The position numbers and the translations under genes were made by a program. The notes beneath the pieces are model-generated. The model saw nothing but the letters and a program-made list of their open reading frames with translations, was not told where the DNA came from and searched no databases. From Candidatus Micrarchaeota archaeon (GTDB taxonomy: Archaea > B1Sed10-29 > WALL01 > WAMD01), in NCBI GenBank assembly GCA_964652335.1, contig CAZZDL010000004.1, positions 1-34,759 of the forward strand: a stretch of 34,759 nt of DNA. The letters run 5' to 3'. The first letter of the stretch is position 1. Every line of letters begins with the position of its first letter. Of this stretch, positions 26,671-34,759 are shown piece by piece.

Positions 26671-27630
26671 CTACTCGTTTAGGCCGTTAATAAAAACAGT
26701 CACCAAGTCAACACAGTATTGCAATACCCTATCTGCCTCTTCCTGTCTAAAGCCTGTTGCTCCAGCTGCTCCAGGATGACCACCAGAATCACAATTAAAC
26801 TTCTCAGCTACCTTTGGGAGTATGTCCTTTCCCAAATGTAACCCTTTAATAACCAGTGCTTGACTTGCCCTTGCGCTTAGTCTGGGCCGCTTTCCTGAAG
26901 AAACCACAAAACTAACATCTGCTCCTAACTCTAGCAAAGCGCTCGCAACACTCCCCTCAAAAGCTGAAACTTTGGTAGTCGCTATTACATAATCCTTAAC
27001 TATGTACATCCTGAGCCTAGATGCAGCCTTTAATCTAGCAACTCTCTCTGACAGGTTCATCCTCATTCTGGCTATCTCAGATATTTTGTCGTATTCAACC
27101 CTCTCGGTTATCTTTGCTAATGCTGAAAAAACTCTAGTATCAGCGACAATAAAATCCGCGGTATCAGTAATTATTCCAGCACCTAGTAATAATAAAGAAT
27201 TATCACACAGTTCAACTCCAAGCTTCTCTGCCAGCTCAAAAACTAATAAAGCTGTAGCTAGAGCCTTGTCATCCACGTATACGTAATCAAAACCAGGATA
27301 ACCGTCCTTTTCCGCATGATGATCTATTGCTATCTTTCTACCTTTGAAGTTTACAAATATATCCTCATCAATCATAGCTAATGACGATGTATCTACAACC
27401 AGCAATGTATCTCCACTAGCCACTTCAACTAAAGGCTCACCAGCAAGAGAGAACATCAAACTAACCTGCTCGTTTATCTTTTCTGTTGTAAGCACCTCTG
27501 CCTCCTTGCCTATTTTCCTCAAGATCCTTGCCATTACTATTGCTGCCGCTGCTGCATCTGGATCAGGAGATTTGTGCATCATTATTGAAAACTTCTTACC
27601 CTTCCTCAGCTCTGATATTAGCTCATCCAT
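26671..27630 (-). CDS. DHH family phosphoesterase (exosome-operon associated, NrnA-like)
   Basis: HKSPDPDA, VVDT, IDHH, GIITDT, GGHPGAAG. Confidence 0.9.
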   Translation of the reverse strand: MDELISELRKGKKFSIMMHKSPDPDAAAAAIVMARILRKIGKEAEVLTTEKINEQVSLMFSLAGEPLVEVASGDTLLVVDTSSLAMIDEDIFVNFKGRKIAIDHHAEKDGYPGFDYVYVDDKALATALLVFELAEKLGVELCDNSLLLLGAGIITDTADFIVADTRVFSALAKITERVEYDKISEIARMRMNLSERVARLKAASRLRMYIVKDYVIATTKVSAFEGSVASALLELGADVSFVVSSGKRPRLSARASQALVIKGLHLGKDILPKVAEKFNCDSGGHPGAAGATGFRQEEADRVLQYCVDLVTVFINGLNE

Positions 27631-27950
27631 TATTCCTCACTTTTACCTGATAACTTAGCCTCCAATTCTTTCAGCTTTTTCTCAACTTTCTGCTTCTGCA
27701 CCTTCAGCGTCTCTAGTCTTTTTTCAATTTTTGATTTTTGTTCTTCTAGCTCCTTCTTGATATCCTCCTTGCTCTTCTCAATCAGTATCCTGCCTATCGC
27801 TAGATACGTCTTACCGTCAGATTTCTCTAACTCATCCAAACTAGAACTTATCTCTTTAACCTGCAAGTCTGCCTTCTGAAGTTCCATCTCTATCAATTGA
27901 TACTGTTGAGCTAAAGCCTTATACTGCTCAATGTCTTTTTCATCTGGCAT
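27630..27950 (-). CDS. pfdB: Prefoldin beta subunit
   Basis: Coiled coil - TYLAIGRILIEK hairpin - coiled coil; operon position. Confidence 0.9.
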   Translation of the reverse strand: MPDEKDIEQYKALAQQYQLIEMELQKADLQVKEISSSLDELEKSDGKTYLAIGRILIEKSKEDIKKELEEQKSKIEKRLETLKVQKQKVEKKLKELEAKLSGKSEE

Positions 27951-28179
27951 TTCTAACTACCTCCCAAACGTTTATTAACATGTCAAATATCCTTAAATTA
28001 CTATTTGCCGACGCTCTCAATGCAGTTGTATCTTTAGCGTCAAATAATATACGTAACTCATCTCCATCCACATTAATGGTTGTAATACATCTCCTATTCT
28101 TTTTTCCTTTTTTCAATGCCATGGAAACTGATTTAGCCAGGGCTTCCTCTGGAAGTTTAAACCTTAGGTCTGCTCGCAT
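27940..28179 (-). CDS. pcc1: KEOPS complex subunit Pcc1
   Basis: LRILFDAKDTTALRASANSNLR motif; operon position. Confidence 0.85.
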   Translation of the reverse strand: MRADLRFKLPEEALAKSVSMALKKGKKNRRCITTINVDGDELRILFDAKDTTALRASANSNLRIFDMLINVWEVVRNAR

Positions 28180-28639
28180 AGTACCACTCCTTCACACTAA
28201 GTCTAGGGCCAACTTCCTTGTTAGCTACATAAAACGTTACTCTCTCTTCAGTTACTACTATCCTATTTCTTGATTCTTCAGCAGGAATAAATCCAAAAAA
28301 ATCAGTGACATCGTGCTTTGTTTTATTTTCCAACGTCAGATCCTTGAATAATACTTTCCTTCCAAATTCTCTTTGGAGCCTAACCCCTGAAAGGTTAACT
28401 ATTAATGGATGCCAGCTCCAAGAATCCTCTTCCACAATTATAGACTCTAATTTCCCAGGATTTCCATGTATGTCATATATTAAAACAACTCTTGTGTGAC
28501 CAGCGTTTCTGGCTAAGCTTACTATCCTTTCTAGGTTCCCCTTACCTCTTGTTATGTATTTACCTCCAAGGACTCTAGCTAAATCTCGCCCTAGGGTTCT
28601 AGACCTTCTAGATGGCTTTCTAGACGTCGTGATTAACAT
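28157..28639 (-). CDS. Brix/Imp4-domain ribosome biogenesis protein
   Basis: MLITTSRKPSRRSRTL, YITRGK, GNPG, EVGP. Confidence 0.9.
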   Translation of the reverse strand: MLITTSRKPSRRSRTLGRDLARVLGGKYITRGKGNLERIVSLARNAGHTRVVLIYDIHGNPGKLESIIVEEDSWSWHPLIVNLSGVRLQREFGRKVLFKDLTLENKTKHDVTDFFGFIPAEESRNRIVVTEERVTFYVANKEVGPRLSVKEWYYASRPKV

Positions 28640-28640
28640 T

Positions 28641-28769
28641 CTACTCAGCCTTAACCTTTCTAGCTATTGGTGGCCTCTTCTTCATTATAATCTTGTATCC
28701 ACAATAAGTGCAAGTAACTCCTTCTGGTATCTCCTTAAACTCCTTCCCGCATTTCATGCAAACATACAT
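28641..28769 (-). CDS. rpoP: DNA-directed RNA polymerase subunit P (Rpo12); not in the ORF track
   Basis: Hand translation MYVCMKCGKEFKEIPEGVTCTYCGYKIIMKKRPPIARKVKAE*; zinc ribbon at the canonical position after rpl37ae. Confidence 0.93.
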   Translation of the reverse strand: MYVCMKCGKEFKEIPEGVTCTYCGYKIIMKKRPPIARKVKAE

Positions 28770-29086
28770 TACTCTCCCTCCTTCTCCTCGGCCTTCTCTA
28801 TTTCAGCTACAGCTTCAACTCCCCTCATATGAGCGCCAACAATTCTCAAAGCGGCTTTACCTATTTCTGTAGATGGAGTGTATGCCCCTCCAGCAAATTT
28901 GTAACCACAACTGGTGCATTCCCAAATTGCATAGCTAACTCTTTTAACCTTTTTCTTACCACATCTCGGACACTTGTATCTAGCCGTTTGCTTTTGCATA
29001 ACATCCCTGTATGCATCTCTAACTCTCTTTCCGTACTTTGCACCAAACTTTCCAGCTATGCCTACCTTCTTTGTTTTCTTTCCCAT
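28769..29086 (-). CDS. rpl37ae: 50S ribosomal protein L37Ae (eL43)
   Basis: TKKVGIAGKFGAKYG, CPRC...CTSC, FAGGAYTP. Confidence 0.96.
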   Translation of the reverse strand: MGKKTKKVGIAGKFGAKYGKRVRDAYRDVMQKQTARYKCPRCGKKKVKRVSYAIWECTSCGYKFAGGAYTPSTEIGKAALRIVGAHMRGVEAVAEIEKAEEKEGE

Positions 29087-29090
29087 ATGA

Positions 29091-29894
29091 TCACCCTTTT
29101 GCCTTGTTTATGAGATCCCTCAGATAATCCCCCTTTTCAAATGCTTTATCAATAATCGTTTCAATATCTTCTGCAGTTATTGCCCCGGATCCTCCTTTCT
29201 GTGCGGCACAAATGTATCCATCATCTGTAGTCGCAATGGTCAGCCTTGCATCCGCTGCCATCTCTTCTTCAAGCACTGGATCCAACAATATTGCGTTTCC
29301 TATCTTTGCGAAGGTTGTTTCAACTGGGATTCTTCTAATTGGGAGATCCATACTAGTTTCATTTCTTATAACCTTATCGTCCTCATATTTTGGAACTTTG
29401 GTATTTAATAATGCTGTTATAGCAGCTAGTGTAGATGCATCAAAAAGGTTTCCATCATAATCAAGTATGTGTAGGTCTATAAATACCATCCAGACTTTTT
29501 CACCCTCCTCTATAACAAGTTTCTCAAGGTCTATTGCTTTTGACTCCCTTATTCCTCTATCAACCACTCTAGCAAGCTCTATTGCATCTTCGCTTGGTGG
29601 CCCAGGTTCAAACGTTGGAGAGGCTAGTGGCACTAGCTCTGCGCCAGTCATTATAACTCCCTCATTTGGAGTATCTGGGAAAGGCTGACCCACGTCCATT
29701 GAAATACCTGCAAGGACTGTTGTATTACCTAATTTAACAAGGGCTGAACCGGCTGACCTAGTTACATAGTTTGGTTCTATGTATATCTCTCTGTAATCAA
29801 AGGCTCCTCTATTATCAACTCTAAGTCCTTGACTAGCAAGCCTATGAACATACTCAGACTTCAATGTCCACAATGTCTCATTCTCTCTATTCAT
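29091..29894 (-). CDS. rrp42: Exosome complex component Rrp42
   Basis: [52 protein letters not shown]. Confidence 0.95.
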   Translation of the reverse strand: MNRENETLWTLKSEYVHRLASQGLRVDNRGAFDYREIYIEPNYVTRSAGSALVKLGNTTVLAGISMDVGQPFPDTPNEGVIMTGAELVPLASPTFEPGPPSEDAIELARVVDRGIRESKAIDLEKLVIEEGEKVWMVFIDLHILDYDGNLFDASTLAAITALLNTKVPKYEDDKVIRNETSMDLPIRRIPVETTFAKIGNAILLDPVLEEEMAADARLTIATTDDGYICAAQKGGSGAITAEDIETIIDKAFEKGDYLRDLINKAKG

Positions 29895-30645
29895 TCTTCT
29901 CACCTTCCTCTGAAAGATTGATCACCTTATACTTTTCCTTTAATGTCTTCTTCTGCAATTCATTAATCTTCTTCGCCCCTTCCATAGCTAGGTGTAGGGC
30001 TTTCATGAATTCTTCCCTTGTCATTAAACCATCCATCTGGAAAAGTAATATTGAATTTGTCCTAGGAGATATTGCGATTGGCATATCCGCTTCTCCATAA
30101 TTATCCTCTTCCTTCTTTAGATCTAAAGCTACTTTTCCCTCTATCTTTCCAGCTGCACATGCTGCGACCAAATCTCTCATTGGTATCCCTGCATCCGCTA
30201 GAGCCAATGCAGCCGCTGTAAGGGCTGCACACCTAGTACCAGCGTCTGCTTGCAAAACCTCAACAAACACATCTATCATAGTATTTGGAAAATACTCTAA
30301 CATAACTATGCTCTCAAGGGCTTCTCTGCTGATTTTTGATATCTCTATTGACCGTCTGTCAGGCCCTGGTCTCTTTCTATCATCCACACTGAAGGGTGCC
30401 ATATTGTATCTATAAGTCAATACTGCCTTGTATGGATTGGATAAATGCTTTGGCAATACTTCTCTTGGACCGTAAACAGCAGCAATTACTTTGTTTCCTC
30501 CCCATTCAACATAAGCAGATCCGTCTGCCTTCTTCAACACTCCGACTTCCATTTTTACTGGCCTAAGCTCCTCAAGATCCCTTCCGTCTATCCTTTTACC
30601 ATTTTTATCAAGAAGTGGAATATCTGATTTTCCTCCCATATTCAT
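29887..30645 (-). CDS. rrp41: Exosome complex exonuclease Rrp41
   Basis: [36 protein letters not shown]. Confidence 0.96.
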   Translation of the reverse strand: MNMGGKSDIPLLDKNGKRIDGRDLEELRPVKMEVGVLKKADGSAYVEWGGNKVIAAVYGPREVLPKHLSNPYKAVLTYRYNMAPFSVDDRKRPGPDRRSIEISKISREALESIVMLEYFPNTMIDVFVEVLQADAGTRCAALTAAALALADAGIPMRDLVAACAAGKIEGKVALDLKKEEDNYGEADMPIAISPRTNSILLFQMDGLMTREEFMKALHLAMEGAKKINELQKKTLKEKYKVINLSEEGEKNE

Positions 30646-31290
30646 TCACCTACCTTCATTTACCTGTTCATTATCTTTATCATCGGTTTCCAACATCTCC
30701 TTTACCTTATCTGTTACTCCGTACAAATGAGCATTGTCCTCTATGAATCTTATTACCTTCTCTGCCTTTAGGATTTTCTCCCTATCACCCCTAAGCCATA
30801 TCCTCCCATTCCTGCCAACTATAATTTGTATACCTGTGCCCTTTCTTATCAAGTCTAGCATGGAACCTGCTTTACCAAATATCCTAGGAACTTTTGTTGA
30901 GGATATCTCAATTAGCTTACCTTTAATCAACCGTCTAGGAGATTCTAAGTGAGTATTACCTACTTCATCCCTACTTGAAACCTTGGCTGTTATAACATCT
31001 CCTGGCTCTAGGCGAATACCCTCTCTAGGAACATGTAAGAATCCAATATAAGCAGAGTTTATGTCAACAAGATATCCTGAATGCCTCATTGACAAAACTA
31101 TTCCTATCACAATGTCTCCTGGTCTGGGTATGTATTTGCCATGTATCGGGGTAACTCTTATACCTTTCTCAGGATCAAACAAGCCGTAAACAGCTGAGTA
31201 CAAGCTGTCTCCATCTCTAAATACCCACTGAGGAAGCTTGCCTGGTTTTGCCTCTCCCAATTTCTCTCCTGGGACCACTATCATTCTCAT
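30646..31290 (-). CDS. rrp4: Exosome RNA-binding protein Rrp4
   Basis: IVVPGE, YIPRPGDIVIG (S1), KVPRIFGKAGSM...VGRNGRIW (KH). Confidence 0.93.
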   Translation of the reverse strand: MRMIVVPGEKLGEAKPGKLPQWVFRDGDSLYSAVYGLFDPEKGIRVTPIHGKYIPRPGDIVIGIVLSMRHSGYLVDINSAYIGFLHVPREGIRLEPGDVITAKVSSRDEVGNTHLESPRRLIKGKLIEISSTKVPRIFGKAGSMLDLIRKGTGIQIIVGRNGRIWLRGDREKILKAEKVIRFIEDNAHLYGVTDKVKEMLETDDKDNEQVNEGR

Positions 31291-31302
31291 TAAAACACCT
31301 CT

Positions 31303-32013
31303 TTAAAGAATTTGGATTAATTTAGAATAAACCTCTCCTTTCGTCATTGAATTCAATTTGTCAAATACCTCAGTCTGCATACCTGCGGGGACCTCTATAA
31401 CTGCATCCAAGCTTCCATCATTCTTCCATTCTGATTTCACTAAACTTAGCTGCTTCAAATATCCATAAACCCTAGAAGCATGAACGGCTGGTATCTTTAG
31501 CTCAATTCTAGCCTTTGCTATCTTTATTGGAATTATTGGTCTTATCTTGTTAACTACTTCTTCAATTTGCCTGTCCACTGATTTTAACGGATCTATGTGA
31601 ACATTTGCTTCTTCCATGGCTCTTTCTATTCTCTGGACTGGATGTGGCAAGTTCGTTGTTGGATCAATGGCTTGCCTAGCTATAGCATTAACAATTGCCT
31701 TCCTCTTCTCCTCTTGCATCCTTCTCTTCTGATCTGTGGTTAAATGCAGCTCTCCGTCTTTTATTATTTTCAGGAATATCCATTTTTTATCTTCTGCACC
31801 AAAAACCTTTTGCACTGCCTCTTCAGATGCTCTTTCCCCTTTTTTGGCGTCCTTGAAGATATCTAAGGAGGCCAAAACATCATCAAGATTTGAAAGTAAT
31901 GAAATGTCTCCCTTCTCCTTTATCTCCAACGCTTTATCTGGGTCAACTAGAATCTCAAACCTGTTATCTCCATGTTCGTATCTTACTATAACAGCCTTGT
32001 CTATTGGGATCAT
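31303..32013 (-). CDS. Ribosome assembly factor SBDS
   Basis: RFEILVDP, IFKDAKKG, LHLTTDQ, PHPVQRIERAM. Confidence 0.95.
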   Translation of the reverse strand: MIPIDKAVIVRYEHGDNRFEILVDPDKALEIKEKGDISLLSNLDDVLASLDIFKDAKKGERASEEAVQKVFGAEDKKWIFLKIIKDGELHLTTDQKRRMQEEKRKAIVNAIARQAIDPTTNLPHPVQRIERAMEEANVHIDPLKSVDRQIEEVVNKIRPIIPIKIAKARIELKIPAVHASRVYGYLKQLSLVKSEWKNDGSLDAVIEVPAGMQTEVFDKLNSMTKGEVYSKLIQIL

Positions 32014-32015
32014 CT

Positions 32016-32744
32016 TTATTTCACCTTATTAGATTTCTTGTTTAAGATCTTCACCAACTTATCAGAAGAAAGCTCCTTAAACTTCTTTTCTTTCGTGAGT
32101 ATGTAATGTATTTCAAGAGTGTCAACATTTGTCTTTGTTTTATTTGCTTTGTTTAGAGCATTTACTGCCAACCTTACAGCCTCCTCAAAGCTCATGTCCT
32201 TTGAATACTTACTTTCAAAAAATTCTTCTACATCTTTTTTGCCTTGCCCTATTGCAGAAGCATAAACTTCTGAGAAAGCTCCTGACGGGTCTGTTTCAAA
32301 CAATCTGACTCCTGTATCATCAATGCCTAAAATAAGCATCGCAACGCCAAACGGCCTAGCTCCACCATACTGTGTATACACCTGCTTTAAATCACATATT
32401 TCCTTTGTTAAAGATTCCACAGGTATTGGCTCTTCGTATATAACTCTCTCCTTTTGAGCTTCTATTCTAGCATGCTGAATCAGCCTTCTTGCGTCTGCAA
32501 CCAGACCCGAAACTGCAGCGCCAACATGATCATCAATCTTGAATATCTTCTCTATTGATTTTGGGTTCACAAGCTTTGATTTTATCAGCTTGTCCGTAGC
32601 TAGTATTCCCCCTCCTTTAAAGACCAAACCTACAGCAGTAGCTCCCCTTTTCACAGCTTCCCTGGCATACTCTACTTGAAACAACCTTCCGTCAGGGCTG
32701 AAAACAGTTATTGCTCTATCATATGCTGAAGAAGCAGGATACAT
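32016..32744 (-). CDS. psmA: Proteasome subunit alpha
   Basis: YDRAITVFSPDGRLFQVEYA, RPFGV, TDPSG. Confidence 0.97.
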   Translation of the reverse strand: MYPASSAYDRAITVFSPDGRLFQVEYAREAVKRGATAVGLVFKGGGILATDKLIKSKLVNPKSIEKIFKIDDHVGAAVSGLVADARRLIQHARIEAQKERVIYEEPIPVESLTKEICDLKQVYTQYGGARPFGVAMLILGIDDTGVRLFETDPSGAFSEVYASAIGQGKKDVEEFFESKYSKDMSFEEAVRLAVNALNKANKTKTNVDTLEIHYILTKEKKFKELSSDKLVKILNKKSNKVK

Positions 32745-32748
32745 TCCA

Positions 32749-33120
32749 TCACCTCTCTATTATTTGTTTCTCTCTATTTAAAAGGTTTTTGCTTAAAAAC
32801 TTTGTTTTAGCTTTATTAATTGTTCCAGATACTCCAAGGACTTTTATCCCTGCTTTTTTCCCTAAAATAGCCGGCAAAAGAGTAATCGCAGTTACCACTC
32901 TCCCCTCCATTTTGTCTGTCGTTCTGGCTATCCCAAGTTTAGAATCTGGATCATAAAAAACAATCTCAAAATCTGCATCTGCGTATCCGACCTCACCTAA
33001 AAATTCTAGTACTTCCTGTTTTATGGATTGGACTATCTGATTCCCTGTGAATCTTGCCTTACTCATCAGTTCAAAGGCAATGTATCTCCTTCTTTCCCTC
33101 AGCACAGGCGGGAATCCCAT
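32749..33120 (-). CDS. rnp2: Ribonuclease P protein Pop5/Rpp14
   Basis: PPVLRERRRYIAFE, GVSGTINKA. Confidence 0.9.
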   Translation of the reverse strand: MGFPPVLRERRRYIAFELMSKARFTGNQIVQSIKQEVLEFLGEVGYADADFEIVFYDPDSKLGIARTTDKMEGRVVTAITLLPAILGKKAGIKVLGVSGTINKAKTKFLSKNLLNREKQIIER

Positions 33121-33654
33121 TTACTTCTTCCTCCTTAATGCCTCTGGGACTTTTGATATGGCCCATCTGGCCTTTTCAGCAGTCATTCCTAGCTCAATCC
33201 CTAGGTTCACTAGCTGGAAAGGTGTTCTAAGCTCAAATGGGTGTTCGGCCTTGCTAGATATAACTATAGGCACACGCTCTTTATGAGCCAAGGCAATTAA
33301 CCTTCTTGCCTTTACGATCAGCCTTGCTCTGTCTATGCCTCTAGTTGACAAGAACTTGCTAAGTGTTATTACTATGACAAGATCGTTATCCCTTGCAACT
33401 GTCAGCATTGCCTTATCAAATGGACTGGCCCTTGGGAAAAATGGGTCAACTATTCCATCTATCGGCAATCTAACTATTTTTTTGTTTTTATCTAGACTAT
33501 TTGAAGCAGTAACGAATACTAGCTCGTCCCTCCTATATGCAGAGTCTGTTTCCTCTGGAGAAAGAACCACTACATCCTTGTCAAACTTACTAAATCCAAA
33601 TTCTTTAACCGTCTGCCTAGCCTCTCCAACTGCAAGGATGTCATAATATTTCAT
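33121..33654 (-). CDS. rnp3: Ribonuclease P protein Rpp30
   Basis: PIVISSKAEHPFELRTP...LGM...AISKVP; operon position. Confidence 0.85.
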   Translation of the reverse strand: MKYYDILAVGEARQTVKEFGFSKFDKDVVVLSPEETDSAYRRDELVFVTASNSLDKNKKIVRLPIDGIVDPFFPRASPFDKAMLTVARDNDLVIVITLSKFLSTRGIDRARLIVKARRLIALAHKERVPIVISSKAEHPFELRTPFQLVNLGIELGMTAEKARWAISKVPEALRRKK

Positions 33655-33663
33655 TGCGTTCCC

Positions 33664-34080
33664 TCAAAGCTCATTTAACAAAGATGTAACCTCAGCTAAT
33701 ATTGCTTCCCTGTTATGTGGGTATGTAACTAGTTTTATAGTAATCCTAATTGGCTCTCTATCTGCAAGGGCAACCTTTCCTTCCAGTGCTTTAAACTTAT
33801 CCAAGCTGAAATGAAACTCTCCATTCTCAAGTCTTTCCTCTGCCTCAGCTAAAAGCTTTTTCTTGTCTGTGGCTGGTAGATCCTTCATCCTTTCTAGGAA
33901 AGTTTTGATCTCTTTTGATTTCGTTAGTTTAGCTTCCAGTGTTAGGATAGGTAATCCAAAATGCGTTGTACCCTTTTTAATATCTGGATCCCTCGGACTA
34001 ATAGTCATAAATGCCTTCTTCACTAGCTCCAATGACTCTGTTGGGTGGCAAAAGGTTTCTATCTTTATAGCCTTTATCAT
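33664..34080 (-). CDS. COG1325 predicted RNA-binding protein (exosome operon)
   Basis: [25 protein letters not shown]; position between rpl15e and rnp3. Confidence 0.8.
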   Translation of the reverse strand: MIKAIKIETFCHPTESLELVKKAFMTISPRDPDIKKGTTHFGLPILTLEAKLTKSKEIKTFLERMKDLPATDKKKLLAEAEERLENGEFHFSLDKFKALEGKVALADREPIRITIKLVTYPHNREAILAEVTSLLNEL

Positions 34081-34655
34081 TTGCCCTTCCTCTTGTTGGC
34101 TCTAATACTTGGCCTAATCTTTTCGGCTCCCTTTCCTTTGTTTCTCAACCCTCTAGCTTTTTTTCCAGCAGATGTCAATCCCCTGAACACTCTGCCCTTG
34201 ACACCCAATACCCAATTTACATCCTTGTCATTCTTTATTGCTGGATGATTTGGATCAACCATTATAACCTCGTACCAGTAATGCTGGCCATCCTCTGCTA
34301 CGTAATATGAGTTCAGAACCTCAAGGTTTGGGAATTTTCTTGCAACTCTCTCTTCAGCTATCCACTGTATACTCTTCTTCCTCTTCTTCTTGAGAGCGCC
34401 CATCCTGCTTGGCCTTCTACCCTTGTTTGGTCTCTCATGTTTTCCAGAACTTCTTCTTACCCTAACTCTAGCGACTACAAATCCCTGTTTGGCCTTCCAG
34501 CCAAGAGATCTAGCTCTAGCTATGTTTGTGGGCTTATCAAGTCTAACCACTACTGGTTCCTTCCTCCAGGATATTAGTCTTTCCTTTAACTCTTGGGTTC
34601 TATTAGCATATGCTTTCTGAAAAGATTCCTGTATGTACTTATACGCACTAGCCAT
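34077..34655 (-). CDS. rpl15e: 50S ribosomal protein L15e
   Basis: [41 protein letters not shown]. Confidence 0.97.
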   Translation of the reverse strand: MASAYKYIQESFQKAYANRTQELKERLISWRKEPVVVRLDKPTNIARARSLGWKAKQGFVVARVRVRRSSGKHERPNKGRRPSRMGALKKKRKKSIQWIAEERVARKFPNLEVLNSYYVAEDGQHYWYEVIMVDPNHPAIKNDKDVNWVLGVKGRVFRGLTSAGKKARGLRNKGKGAEKIRPSIRANKRKGK

Positions 34656-34690
34656 TTAGATTCCTCCTTCTAAGCGGTGTTCTGGCAATA

Positions 34691-34759
34691 AGGGCGCCTT
34701 CCCCGCCCTTATCAACCCATCCGTACCTGGGGAATAGGGCGCCTTCCCCGCCCTTATCA
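34691..34759. repeat. 24-bp direct repeat with internal hairpin, 45-bp period, cut at the window edge
   Basis: AGGGCGCCTTCCCCGCCCTTATCA at 34691-34714 and 34736-34759. Confidence 0.85.

Noticed and set aside
26671-34655. Exosome/proteasome/RNase P superoperon as a novel system
   Set aside because: This gene order is a well-described conserved archaeal cluster.
34691-34759. CRISPR array
   Set aside because: Only two units with a 21-bp spacer, located in an r-protein leader; not enough evidence.

Overview
Archaeal chromosomal window. It looks like a compact, probably thermophilic DPANN-type genome, but that is inference and the lineage cannot be fixed from sequence alone. Most of it is core genes: the complete L15e-RNase P-proteasome-exosome-RpoP-Brix-Pcc1-prefoldin-DHH superoperon, the ftsZ-secE-spt5-L11-L1-L10-L12 cluster, smc, NAD kinase, family-4 UDG, porCDAB, and the AMP phosphorylase / ribose-1,5-bisphosphate isomerase salvage genes. 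It also holds a TrxR-PDO-(Trx/CcdA) redox cluster, a split MgtE pair and an intron-containing tRNA-Arg(CCT). The unexplained signal is mostly non-coding. (i) Two copies of a GC-rich structured element share an identical 18-bp core inside stems of different sequence that still pair; they flank smc-nadK in inverted orientation, each beside a BRE/TATA promoter, and may be a new small-RNA family or a sense/antisense pair. (ii) A nested repeat with variable hairpin inserts is anchored on a duplicated tRNA-Arg 3' end. (iii) Candidate ribosomal-protein leader structures lie upstream of rpl1 and rpl15e. Protein-level oddities include an ArcE/COG2403-family enzyme with substituted motifs, a P0 lacking the acidic tail, a cysteine-bearing membrane-anchored wHTH regulator facing the CcdA-like gene, and two unrecognised coiled-coil genes behind a palindromic operator.
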